Part shown: one piece after another, positions 10,584 through 20,500 of the stretch | How positions within the stretch are numbered: position 1 is the stretch's first letter | Layout: each line of letters begins with the position of its first letter | Source: a virus | Lineage: Duplodnaviria > Caudoviricetes | Strand: one strand, 5' to 3' | Virus record (IMG/VR): IMGVR_UViG_3300032075_000001 | Coordinates: 1-64,000 of that record | Length of the DNA: 64,000 bases | Notes under the pieces: model-generated | What the model was told of the DNA's origin: nothing | Seen by the model: the letters and a program-made list of their open reading frames with translations, nothing else | The model's database searches: none | Position numbers and translations under genes: made by a program

Positions 10584-11217
10584 GTTTCACTTCCATATAC
10601 CCGGTGATCTCACTCCGCACGTAGACTTGATCACCAGTCTCCGGTCCTTCGGAATTCGCCACTTTATCGAAGTCAGGCGTGCCATCATCTTTCTGCGGGA
10701 AGTCTTTCTCGGCCTTGATGAACGCCTTAGCGACGCCCTTCTCCTGAGCGCGGACTTGCACTCGGATGCGAGCACGGGCAGGTAGTGACTGGGACAACTT
10801 GCGCGCGAGATCAGCAGAGGTTCGCAATCCTTTCACTTCTCCGCCGATTGCCTTGATCACTTTTGCTACTGCACAAGTCCCATCGAAGACCATCGTTGAG
10901 ACGAAGCCATCATTGACCAGACGATTCGCGAAGGGGCCATCCAAGATCCGCGCAGTCAGGCGAGTTGACAAGTAAGGATGATTCGACTTGTCAGTACGCT
11001 GAGTCCATTGCTTAGCCGGATCTTGCTCGGAGAAATTCAGCTCAGCGTCATACGTTCCAGCCCTCACCACGGCAAAGGCTAGTGGATCTTTCTCGTCGTC
11101 GAATCCTTCTAATTCGCCTTCGATGAAATTCGGATCGTTGATGTCTACGAAGTTTGGCTCAGCGCGTTCAGTGTTATCGCTGCCATTGGCAGCCATTGCT
11201 GTTTCAGGGGTGCTCAT
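10573..11217 (-). CDS. Phage ssDNA-binding-like protein (DUF669-type)
   Basis: F..V.AGTYDAEL...YLS.RL.ARILDGPFANR.V.D pattern; sits next to ATPase and exonuclease. Confidence 0.7.
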   Translation of the reverse strand: MSTPETAMAANGSDNTERAEPNFVDINDPNFIEGELEGFDDEKDPLAFAVVRAGTYDAELNFSEQDPAKQWTQRTDKSNHPYLSTRLTARILDGPFANRLVNDGFVSTMVFDGTCAVAKVIKAIGGEVKGLRTSADLARKLSQSLPARARIRVQVRAQEKGVAKAFIKAEKDFPQKDDGTPDFDKVANSEGPETGDQVYVRSEITGYMEVKHED

Positions 11218-11448
11218 TCTAATTTGCTCCTTCAGATTTGATTAGTTTCTCGTTTGATTTCATAACTCGCTTGTGCCAGTTCCAGATGAAGTCGCGAAGT
11301 TCTTTCGCAAGACGCTTTGAGCACGGGCCAGTGATTGCAGTACCACCATCCCTGCTCTTGCGGTATTGGCCGGTGACACAAGTCTGGAACACGTACAAAT
11401 CATGCGCACGGGCGAAGTCTCTTAGTTCCTTGCTGATTGGATTAGCTC

Positions 11449-12375
11449 TCATTTCATCGCACCTTTGCTCAGCGAATCTTTCCATGCAAGAATTGAGTTC
11501 GCAGATTTCTCTCGCACTGAGTCCATGAATTTGAGATAGTCGTAGAGTGATTCCTTGCTAAGATCGATATAACCTTCCGGCCATTTTTCCTGAATAGCCG
11601 AAATCTGATCAAAAGGCATGCGCGGTTTAGCGGGCCAGACAATTGACTGCAATTCACTGTCTGCATGAGGCCGCAAGTAAGCACGCACTGTGGTTTTGTT
11701 TGACTTCGCATCGATTATGGCAGTCTCGAAATGCAGTAGATCAGAGACATAGAAAGGGATCGCGCCTGTAATAGCTTGGCCTACAGCCGCAGGCCCGTAG
11801 ACGGTCTGCCGTGTTTGCTGGTCCTGCCCTTTGCCCTCATGGGCCGTAAACATTACCCGCTTTGAAAGGGTAGGGAGCGAGCCAAAACCGCCGACGCCCA
11901 GCATATCGAGCGCGAATTGCTGCACGAAACCATAGTGTGATCGTCCCGCTGCTCCGAATACTTCGGCTCCCTCGCGAAACTGGCCGACGATGTCTTCAGA
12001 AATTTTCTGGCCTTTGCTTACCAAATGTCGCAGGATCAGGAAGGAAATGCTAGTAATACCTTCAACTGCATACGCTCCGACATTATCCAGATTTGGATCT
12101 TTGCCAAGCGTTCCATCCGGCGTAGGCCAATGGCCCTTCATCAGCAATCTTATATTCTCAAGGAGCGTCTTGCTATCCGTGAGGCGATAGGGATGAATTA
12201 TTCCCGCTTTGATGAAAGGTTCGATTGTTTCCCAGCCGCCGGGGTCGGCACTGATCAGCCGTACTGGAGCGCCCGTTATCTCGAATACGTATTTTGCGAA
12301 TTGGCCCACATTAGTAGTTTTTAGCGTGCCACTGCTGCCATAACAGAGAATTGATGCTGCGTAGTTGTCGCTCAT
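11449..12375 (-). CDS. AAA ATPase, Sak4-like recombination protein
   Basis: Walker A ILCYGSSGTLKTT; VMFTAHE; recombination module context. Confidence 0.8.
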   Translation of the reverse strand: MSDNYAASILCYGSSGTLKTTNVGQFAKYVFEITGAPVRLISADPGGWETIEPFIKAGIIHPYRLTDSKTLLENIRLLMKGHWPTPDGTLGKDPNLDNVGAYAVEGITSISFLILRHLVSKGQKISEDIVGQFREGAEVFGAAGRSHYGFVQQFALDMLGVGGFGSLPTLSKRVMFTAHEGKGQDQQTRQTVYGPAAVGQAITGAIPFYVSDLLHFETAIIDAKSNKTTVRAYLRPHADSELQSIVWPAKPRMPFDQISAIQEKWPEGYIDLSKESLYDYLKFMDSVREKSANSILAWKDSLSKGAMK

Positions 12376-12584
12376 TCAGATTCCTTTTTGTTTGTTTCGT
12401 CTCGCTCAAACTCAACATGAATGTCCATTGTCGTTGGTGGACGTTGGGATAAGAACTTCGATGTTCCCTGCACTCGTTTGGTGTGCGGTATCCAGAACTT
12501 GAAAATGCCCTCGTCGCTCATGTGCTCATACACCCAAAATTTCTGAGTGCCGTGCGTGTAAGTGGCAGTGATGCTGAGGGCCAT
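12372..12584 (-). CDS. Hypothetical protein
   Basis: 70-aa ORF coupled to the ATPase. Confidence 0.55.
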   Translation of the reverse strand: MALSITATYTHGTQKFWVYEHMSDEGIFKFWIPHTKRVQGTSKFLSQRPPTTMDIHVEFERDETNKKESE

Positions 12585-12590
12585 TTTCGT

Positions 12591-13025
12591 CTACTTCCAG
12601 ATATGTTGTAGTGTTAGAACTGCCAAGCCTCTACGGAAATTACATCCTTGACAAACAGGCTCCACAGTCAGCGGTTTGGTGTAATCCCTGTGATCGTAAT
12701 GTTGGGCCTTCTTCTGGCAATCAACACAACGTACATTTCCATTTGTAAGACGTGGCAGCTTTCCCTGAATGATTGCTCGATGAACTTTATGTGCAGCTTC
12801 TCGACGCAAGCTATACAATTTCTGTCTAACCTTTAAAGGCAACGCTTGAGAAGCATTTTGATATAGAAAGCAGCCGAGTCTCCTTAGCGATGAGTTAGTC
12901 GGTGCAGATTCCCCGGTTTCCCATCTAGAGATTGTTTTAGCGGAAACATCCAAAGCCCGTGCTATCTCTTCTTGTGACATTTCAAGGTTCTCTCGAATGG
13001 CCCTAAACTGTTTTGCAGTAATCAT
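12591..13025 (-). CDS. XRE-type HTH fused to HNH-like nuclease domain
   Basis: RAIRENLEMSQEEIARALDVSAKTISRWETGE; CVDC...HYDHRDY...VCQGCN. Confidence 0.85.
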   Translation of the reverse strand: MITAKQFRAIRENLEMSQEEIARALDVSAKTISRWETGESAPTNSSLRRLGCFLYQNASQALPLKVRQKLYSLRREAAHKVHRAIIQGKLPRLTNGNVRCVDCQKKAQHYDHRDYTKPLTVEPVCQGCNFRRGLAVLTLQHIWK

Positions 13026-13037
13026 GTCAGGGAGCGG

Positions 13038-13067
13038 AGTATAGACAAGTGTCTAGACATCTGTCAA
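13038..13067 (-). promoter_or_regulatory. sigma70-type promoter containing a 22-bp palindromic operator
   Basis: TTGACA-18-TATACT; GACAAG-TGTCTAGACA-TCTGTC at 13044-13065. Confidence 0.8.
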
Positions 13068-13078
13068 CACTTATTTCG

Positions 13079-14200
13079 TTAGTCGGGAGAAATTTCTTCG
13101 TGATGATCAACTCGCGGCACATACAGCCCGCAGTCAGGATCTAATCGATCGTGGCAGATTGGGGCATACGAACAGGTTCGCTGATAGTTGAAGCACGAAT
13201 GACGATACATTGGAAAATGTTCATCGAGCATAGCCGGAGTGAGCACTTTCAGTTGACGTTCAATTCTCGACTCCTGATGCTGAGCTTGCACGAGCCATTC
13301 CGATAATTCAGCCGCGTTCCTCTCATGCGGGATGGGAGTGACGAATAACTCACTCAGTCCATTCGAGTCCTGCACCTTGCGATCTGCAAGTAACTCGATC
13401 CATTCCTTGATTGACATGTGTTCCCAGATGTTCACTCGACTAAACGAATTCCCGAGCGATGATCTACGTCCGTTCTTCTCGAAGTAGTATTGCCATGCCC
13501 ATTCGTCATCTGACGAGGTTATGCCAGATTTGAGCCACGGATGAACGAGGAAAGTAGCCTGAATGTAGGAGTCGTCTTTCTGCTTCTGTCTCGAACCCTT
13601 GATGAAGATCTCATCCTGAATTCCAGCGACTTTCTCTCCTAATCTCTGCTCGATAGCTGCCATCTCACTCAATCCCTGCACATTGTAACGAGACGACTTC
13701 AATTCTCGATCCGTCCAAGCGTAGGATGACTTCAGATTGAAGATGTACAATCCGCCTGTGTTGAGCTTGCGCAAGAGGGCGTCTGGACGATAGGCGAGAT
13801 CAATGTTGTCAGTCCACTCACTCCACAATCCCTCTCGCTCAACCTCGATCACTTCGTAAGTCCCGAGAAAGTCGGGCAGGCGTTCTATCGCCCATGCGCG
13901 AATGAATCCCTCGATCAGTGCTTGACCTTCCTTGTAGACGAATGACTGAGATTCGAGATCGTCGATGTCAAAGTCGCGTTCCTCGCATTGATCGGCGTAG
14001 GCAAGGAGCGCATGTCCGACAGCGTCATCCGGTTCGTGGCCCTGCAAGAGCGACGCAACTCCTACATGCAATCCCTGACCCCAGACGAGCGGCACGGCTT
14101 GACGACGAGGTTCGATTCCGGTTGAGTTGTAGTGGAATTGTAAGTAACGTTTGCGCGGGCAGCTTTGATATGTAGTGATCGCTGTGCGAGATGTTTTCAT
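13079..14200 (-). CDS. PD-(D/E)XK exonuclease (Cas4/RecB-like)
   Basis: TYQSCPRKRYL, GQGLH, EVERE, YRPDAL, FNLKS, terminal C...CSYAPIC. Confidence 0.88.
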   Translation of the reverse strand: MKTSRTAITTYQSCPRKRYLQFHYNSTGIEPRRQAVPLVWGQGLHVGVASLLQGHEPDDAVGHALLAYADQCEERDFDIDDLESQSFVYKEGQALIEGFIRAWAIERLPDFLGTYEVIEVEREGLWSEWTDNIDLAYRPDALLRKLNTGGLYIFNLKSSYAWTDRELKSSRYNVQGLSEMAAIEQRLGEKVAGIQDEIFIKGSRQKQKDDSYIQATFLVHPWLKSGITSSDDEWAWQYYFEKNGRRSSLGNSFSRVNIWEHMSIKEWIELLADRKVQDSNGLSELFVTPIPHERNAAELSEWLVQAQHQESRIERQLKVLTPAMLDEHFPMYRHSCFNYQRTCSYAPICHDRLDPDCGLYVPRVDHHEEISPD

Positions 14201-14211
14201 CGTGATTTGGG

Positions 14212-14283
14212 ACTATACATCCTTCCTTGAACAGAATCAAGGTTTTATTTCCATTGACATCAAATGTATTCAAGATTTATATT
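14212..14283. promoter_or_regulatory. Divergent promoter pair with inverted repeat
   Basis: Minus TTGATT-17-TATAGT (14240-14212); plus TTGACA-18-TATATT (14254-14283); IR CCTTGA-N6-TCAAGG at 14225-14242. Confidence 0.7.
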
Positions 14284-14291
14284 GAGCACCT

Positions 14292-14525
14292 ATGAGCAAG
14301 TCCAATGGAAAGTATTTAACAGTTCAGGAATTTGCCAAGCGCGTTGGTATTTCAGAGGCCGCAGTTTACCTCGCCATTAAGGAAAAGCGCATCGGCTGCA
14401 TCAGTGCGTTTGGAGAGCGCAAAGCTATTCCGGCGGAAGAATTGGACTATCTCACCCGGCGGTCGAAGACGGAAGCAAAGCAGACCAAAGTGCTCCGTCG
14501 TGATCGATTCGATCTAGTTGCTTAA
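14292..14525 (+). CDS. Excisionase/MerR-like HTH DNA-binding protein
   Basis: YLTVQEFAKRVGISEAAVYLAIKEKRI. Confidence 0.85.
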   Translation: MSKSNGKYLTVQEFAKRVGISEAAVYLAIKEKRIGCISAFGERKAIPAEELDYLTRRSKTEAKQTKVLRRDRFDLVA

Positions 14526-14540
14526 GTACTGCTCTATCAA

Positions 14541-15791
14541 ATGCCATCATCCCCTAAACTGGATTTACGCCAGATCCGTCTACGCGACAGGTATCTGGCT
14601 GATTATCCAAATACAATCTACGGGCTCGGGGAATGGCGCAGATATGACAATGGAGTTTGGCCTGTCGTTCACGAATTACTGATTCGCCGTGAGATCCAAG
14701 AATCAGTAATGGGCCAACGACAGGTAGCTATCAAAGTTGACAATGCTCTCATCAACTCCCTTTATAATCTTATCAAAGCTCACAGATTTATTTCCGACAG
14801 CCAATTCGATCGAGATAAAGGCTTGCTTATATTTGACGATTGCACACTTGACTTCCTGACCGGAGAACGTCGTGGGCACTTGCCTGAGAATTATCGAACC
14901 TCGAAGTTGCCTTTTGCTTATGATCCTGACGCAACTTCGGATTGTTGGTTAAAGTTTCTGTTTGAAGTCGTCGGCGAAGAAGTAGCCAACTTCCTGCAAG
15001 AATTTGCGGGATATGCAATCACTGGATTAACAAAGTATGAGATAGCCGTTTGGTTGTATGGCCCTCCCGGTGGCGGCAAATCTACATTTATCACCGGATT
15101 AGAGTCGATGTTAGGTGCGCAGTGTGGAGTACTCGGGCTATCGGATATTGAGACAAGTAACTTCGGCCTTACCAATCTCCCCGGCAAGACTCTGGTAATC
15201 TCGACTGAACAACCCGCCCATTTCATCAAATCCGCCCATATCGTCAACGCGCTTATTTCTGGTGAGAGAGTCACCGTAGATCGTAAGTTCCGCGATCCTG
15301 TCACTTTCGCCTCTCAGTGCAAAATCCTCTGGGCGATGAATGAGCTGCCGCGAGTGGATGACAAAGGCGCTGGTATCTTTCGCCGAGTGAAACTGGTCCA
15401 TTTCCCATCAATCGACGAAAACAAACGAGATCCGCGCGTGAAAGAGGAAATTCAAGTGTCCGGTATGGCAATCCTCAACTGGGCGCGAATCGGATTGCAG
15501 CGACTTCTTCAACGCGGACGATTCCAGATTCCCGACGTAGTTCAAGCGGCAACTGAGCACTATCGGATCAACAATGATATTCCGAGGATGTTTGTTGAGG
15601 AGCGTTGTGAGGCCGATTCTACTGGGAAAATTCAAGCACAAACTCTCTATGAAATGTACCGAGAATGGTGCTCCGATACGGGCCATAAGCCCCTTGCCTC
15701 GCCCCGCTTCTCCGAAGAAATGCAACGCCTTGGATTCCATAAAGTCAAGATTGGCAACGTTTACTATCGAGGGCTGAAGCTGCGTGCATGA
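14541..15791 (+). CDS. D5/P4-type superfamily 3 helicase (no primase domain)
   Basis: D5_N-like region, Walker A LYGPPGGGKST, LPGKTLVISTE, motif C WAMNELP, C-terminal winged helix. Confidence 0.92.
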   Translation: MPSSPKLDLRQIRLRDRYLADYPNTIYGLGEWRRYDNGVWPVVHELLIRREIQESVMGQRQVAIKVDNALINSLYNLIKAHRFISDSQFDRDKGLLIFDDCTLDFLTGERRGHLPENYRTSKLPFAYDPDATSDCWLKFLFEVVGEEVANFLQEFAGYAITGLTKYEIAVWLYGPPGGGKSTFITGLESMLGAQCGVLGLSDIETSNFGLTNLPGKTLVISTEQPAHFIKSAHIVNALISGERVTVDRKFRDPVTFASQCKILWAMNELPRVDDKGAGIFRRVKLVHFPSIDENKRDPRVKEEIQVSGMAILNWARIGLQRLLQRGRFQIPDVVQAATEHYRINNDIPRMFVEERCEADSTGKIQAQTLYEMYREWCSDTGHKPLASPRFSEEMQRLGFHKVKIGNVYYRGLKLRA

Positions 15792-15805
15792 TAACCGTGC
15801 AATTG

Positions 15806-15914
15806 GGGAGGATAGGGAGGATAGGGAGGCATTCTCTATTTATACTCTATTACTATCGCGCCGCCCGAGGTAAAATATACAGGGTAAATAGGTTAGTCCT
15901 CCCTATCCTCCCTA
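15806..15914. repeat. Candidate replication origin: 9-bp iterons in inverted orientation around an AT-rich spacer
   Basis: GGGAGGATA x2.7 at 15806-15829; perfect 17-bp IR 15813-15829/15898-15914. Confidence 0.75.
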
Positions 15915-15943
15915 GTGGTCGAACAACGGAGTTAAACTTTCGG

Positions 15944-17527
15944 TCAACTTGACTCACTTCCCTCTCCCTTGAGTTGCTCAAGCGTGGTTGCAATCTCCCG
16001 CAATCCGCGCGGATCGATAGTTCGTAATCCGTCGCCGTCGCTGTAATCTAAATCAGTCATCGTCCTGACGGCGTTCGCGCACTCTCCAATAGCATCAGCG
16101 CGGGCGGTGGTGTCGCGTCTGCGAAGTTCAGCTACAAGCAACTCGACGCAGTTCTTTCCAGTGTTGTCCTTGACCGCTTCGCGCAAGTCAAATCCGATTT
16201 CGTCGGCCCAGCGAAAGCAAGGCAGAATGTAATTCTGTTCGTATTCGCGATACTTGGCTGTGAGTCGTTCTACCTCACCTTTAAGCCGCTCGATTTCATC
16301 CGCGCTTTCGCGTAACTGATCCAGCTCCGCACTGACTTCCTTGATTCTGGCGATGATTTCAGGCGTGGACATGACGCGACCATTACGCGCGATGAAGGTT
16401 AAATCAAGGAACGACGTGATATGGCCCATCGCCTCAACTTCTGGTTGCTGTGCTGGTAAGTAACGAGAGAGGATTGCTCGGACTGTTCGAGAATCCGGTA
16501 ACTCGTCAATCTCAACTGACAGAAAGTGGTCCATAATCTCTCTAACAACATCTTCTACTGCTGTTGTGGTTGGGGTAGTAGTGCCGTCTCCGCATGTGCA
16601 AATCGCGTCAGCCCGAATCCAGACATCGCACTCGACAGTATGGCCCGCTGACTGACGCTGTTCTTTTTGTTTTCTCTCTTGCTCTAGTAAATTTTCCGCT
16701 AGCTGAAATACCAAGTCATTAGTGAAGCCGGAATCCGCTAGCCTCGTCCTAATTTCTTCGACTAAACGTAGAGCGCTGTCTGAAACCCTACGGCCCTCAT
16801 AAGGATCGGCTTCTGGTTGCGCTACTGAGGGAGCAGGGGCGGTACTCGCAACTTCTTCGGGCGTTCTTACGGCCCCGCACCAACACAACAGATTCGGAGT
16901 TCCCGTCCACTTCTTGAAGACATGATCGTGGACAAGCTGATACCCCTCTTTAGTTCCCGTAACAATATCGAGCGAGCGACACATGCCGCACCATTGGATC
17001 GTGTTAGAGCGCGTGGTTCCCACGGGAACATGGCAGGTGCAGTGACAATAACGCGAACCTTCGTCCACTTCACCCTCAAGGCAGACTTCGGGATCGTGAT
17101 CCGTGCAGCCGCACACCTGCTCCCCCGCCTGTTCAGTCGATGCAGGGAATACGCACTTGCAGCCACACGGTACGTAGCGGTCAGTATCGGTTAGGTTGTA
17201 ATCGCAAATCTCACTATTACGCTCTGACCATTTCCGCTCATGCCCGCACTCCCCGCACCGCGTACTCGTCTCGGTGGGGGCGGTGGCGCGGAATTCACTA
17301 CATGGTTCGTCCAATCCGCGACAGCCTAAGCACTCATCGTGGTCGCTGAATAGTTCGTGGTCTGATTTAGGATGGCCGCAAACGCATTTCGTAGTTCCAC
17401 CGTCTTTAAGCTGGGAGAGTAAGTAGTCGATGTAACTCAGCAACCGCGAACACGTCATACATTCAACGTTGCCCCATAGCGGCGCACAACCTTCTTTGAT
17501 TTCATCAATTGTGTATTGAGTGCTCAT
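15944..17527 (-). CDS. Mosaic Cys/His-rich accessory protein with C-terminal coiled coil
   Basis: Several CxC/CxxC..H micro-motifs joined by P/T/A linkers. Confidence 0.6.
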   Translation of the reverse strand: MSTQYTIDEIKEGCAPLWGNVECMTCSRLLSYIDYLLSQLKDGGTTKCVCGHPKSDHELFSDHDECLGCRGLDEPCSEFRATAPTETSTRCGECGHERKWSERNSEICDYNLTDTDRYVPCGCKCVFPASTEQAGEQVCGCTDHDPEVCLEGEVDEGSRYCHCTCHVPVGTTRSNTIQWCGMCRSLDIVTGTKEGYQLVHDHVFKKWTGTPNLLCWCGAVRTPEEVASTAPAPSVAQPEADPYEGRRVSDSALRLVEEIRTRLADSGFTNDLVFQLAENLLEQERKQKEQRQSAGHTVECDVWIRADAICTCGDGTTTPTTTAVEDVVREIMDHFLSVEIDELPDSRTVRAILSRYLPAQQPEVEAMGHITSFLDLTFIARNGRVMSTPEIIARIKEVSAELDQLRESADEIERLKGEVERLTAKYREYEQNYILPCFRWADEIGFDLREAVKDNTGKNCVELLVAELRRRDTTARADAIGECANAVRTMTDLDYSDGDGLRTIDPRGLREIATTLEQLKGEGSESS

Positions 17528-20500
17528 GCTGTTGTGCCTTTCACTTTCGACGGGAACTCGACCTCGTGTTCCTTCGCCCGCTTCACCATTGCGGGCCGAA
17601 GTTCCTTCTTCAGTTCGTCTGCGAGGTTCTGTAACTCGACGGCCTTGTCTCGCTGTCGCTGGCTAAACAACTGCGTTGCTTTCTTTTCCAGATAAGCGCA
17701 GCAATCATCCAAGCCACTGTAATGACCGTCCAGCCACTTTTGCGTGGCGAGATTGTCCAGTGAATAAACCTCGCCGTCGTCATCCTTTAGTAGCGTTTCT
17801 CTGCTCACGATGATTCACAGCCTTTCACTTCGTCGTGCTCACGAATTACCCCTGCGAGCACTTCCTGCACTTCCTGAAGTTCTCCGTCGATGATCCTGCG
17901 GCCCCATTCCAAAACATTCTCAGGAACGCCGCTGGTTAACTTTGCTGATAACTCAGTTGCGAACCTACTAGCCATTCCCTTCACCTACCTTTCCGCTTAG
18001 TGCGGCGCGAGATTCGATCACGGCAGCTTCAATTGCGGCCCACACTTCAGGCGCGATCCACTTGCGACTTTCAGCGTCCGCTAGCAGCGCCTCGTAAGGT
18101 ATCGCTGCTTTCACCAGCGCCTCCCGCAGTCGGCCTACCTCTGCAAGTAGGGCATCACGTTCGTTTACTGTGGTGGCTATTGGTGATTGCTGGAACAGGT
18201 GGATGTTCTCCCAGCCAACACAAGCCGCACGGCGTAATAAGTTGATAAGGTGTGTATCGCAGTTGGGTTTGCGGGACTCTTCGTCAACGAAGTATTTGAT
18301 TCCGCGCGCGTATTCCAGCAACGTGCAGTCCAGATAACCGAGCGAGAGCGTTCCCGCAAGAACTTCTTCGTATTCGTCAGCCATAATCAGCCCCTTCTTT
18401 AACTGTCCAGATCAGGACATTTCTTCAGCAGTTGGCCCTCTAGCTCAATGATTCGCCGCCCGTTCCTTTTGCGCGCGCTCACGATTCGCTCTGCCTTCTT
18501 AATTAGATCGGCAATTGCAATGTCAGGAGTAGCCTCTAACGCATTGGTCAGGGCCAGCCACTTATCAAACGGAACCATGACTACCGCCTCGGTCTTCTTA
18601 CGTTTCGCTGTCGCCTCATTGCTCATTGGGGTTGCTCCTGCGTTGTCGTCTCCTCTGACTCTGTGTACGACATCTCCCAACAAGGGGCCACCACTGATAG
18701 CGAAATACGCGGCCCCACCGATATTCTGTCGTATGCTCCTGTTCTGCTTTACAGTTCAAACACCGCCTTCTCCGTATAAAGGAATTCGGGTTCTGAAATT
18801 CTTCCCATTGGTGTTTCACCTTAGTTGCTCTTCGCGTCTTAGCTCAAGTAGTAAGACATTAATCAGAGATGCGGCATCGTACAATTCCTGCTTACACTTT
18901 CTGTCGAGCGGCTCACTTGTCGGCCAGTGATCGGCTATTTGTTCAAGATACTTCACGGTTAATACGGCCATGATTTCAGGATCGTCTCTCAACGGATCAA
19001 TCAGCAACTCGGATACGACGCCATCGTTAGTGCGGGATGAGATCCGTACTGTCACCTGCTCAATGTTTTTCCGCCATGTCTGGGCGTCTTTTTTATTCAG
19101 CTTCATCTCAGTTGATTTACTCGCAAGTCGCGCAACGCTTCCGCGACATATTCAGACTCGGTGTCGCGCCATTGTTCCTCGTCAGTTTCCAGCCACTCAC
19201 CAACAGACTTGAGAACGCGCTCAAGCAAGCGATCAGGCCCGGCAATCAGCCCGTGGTCCTTCTCGACGTGATCCTTAAAAGCCTCTTGCAACCGTTCCTT
19301 CAGCGTGTCAGCCATCTATTCCCCTTTCCCTGCAATCACTGGGAGTCAGTCGTCGAAGTGACAACAGTCCTCATCATCCGCGTCCATTCCGCTCCCGCAA
19401 TTCGTACAGGTGTGATCATTCTCCACGTCCGCGCTCATCAGTTGCGCCTCGCAGTTGAGACAGTAGCCGTGGTCGTAGTCTGAGCGGGATTCGGTAACTC
19501 GCTCGCGGAGTCGTTCCCTTAGCTTGTCAGCGTCGATCATTTCATTACCCTCTCATTCCCGACGCGGAACATCTCGCGCATGTCGGAGTTTTGCTGCAAC
19601 TCGCGTCGTTCCGCTCGCTTCCCCTGCTCATACCAGTACTCAGCACACTCGCGCTCAGTGGTCTTCGTCATCGACAACGGCGCAAGTTCCCAGTCGTCAT
19701 CGAAAGAGGGGAGTAGGTAACCTCCATTTACACGAACCTCCGCATTCGTCGCGTCAATCGCCGCATCGATCACTCGTGCTCGCTCAGTCTGAGAGAGTCG
19801 ATGAAGTGCGCAGTCGCAGTCGGGTTCGCTCAACGCCTCCCGCACTCGTTCCAGCACTTGTCGTTTCTCGAATTTGATGGCGGCGGCACACATGGCGCAT
19901 GGGTTACCTGCGTTAGCCTGACACGTCGCGGAGTCGTGGGTGGTGGTTGTAGTCATTGTCGTCTGATCCTTTCTGCTGCTTGCGCAATTACGCTTCGTAT
20001 GCCCGCCGCTTCACGGCGCAGCTTGTCAGCCAGCTTTTAACTGCGCATCCACTTGATGCGTGGACCAACCCCCGGAACGCGACTGGCCAGCCCACAGATC
20101 CATCTGGTTAGCGTCGCGATCCTTCTCTTCCGCTGCGCCTTGCAACGCAATGATTAAGGTTTGGGTAAGTTCGTCAGTCATTGTCCGAATTCCTCCCTGA
20201 TGAGTGCGGTTAGCTTCCGCGCGAAGTCGATAGCCCGGCGCTCCTCGCCTACCTGAAATCCGATCTTTGCAGTTACGTGCGGCCACTCTCGCGCGCCGCC
20301 GAATGCATCTTTTTCGGAACCGTTATAATGCTCGTGAATCTCGACGGTGTGAGCATTACCGACTTTGCAATTATTTCCAATCCTGCCCTCAATACTGATC
20401 TTGCTCATCCTTCGCCTCCTCGGGTGGTGGGGTTAGTCGTCGCGATCTCCGCCGTCGTTGGTTATTCCATAAACTTCATCTATGAGCGTGTCGCCCGTAT

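Noticed and set aside
14292-14525. Excisionase implying an att site or integrase
   Set aside because: No integrase or att-like repeat in the window; the HTH fits the helicase module equally well.
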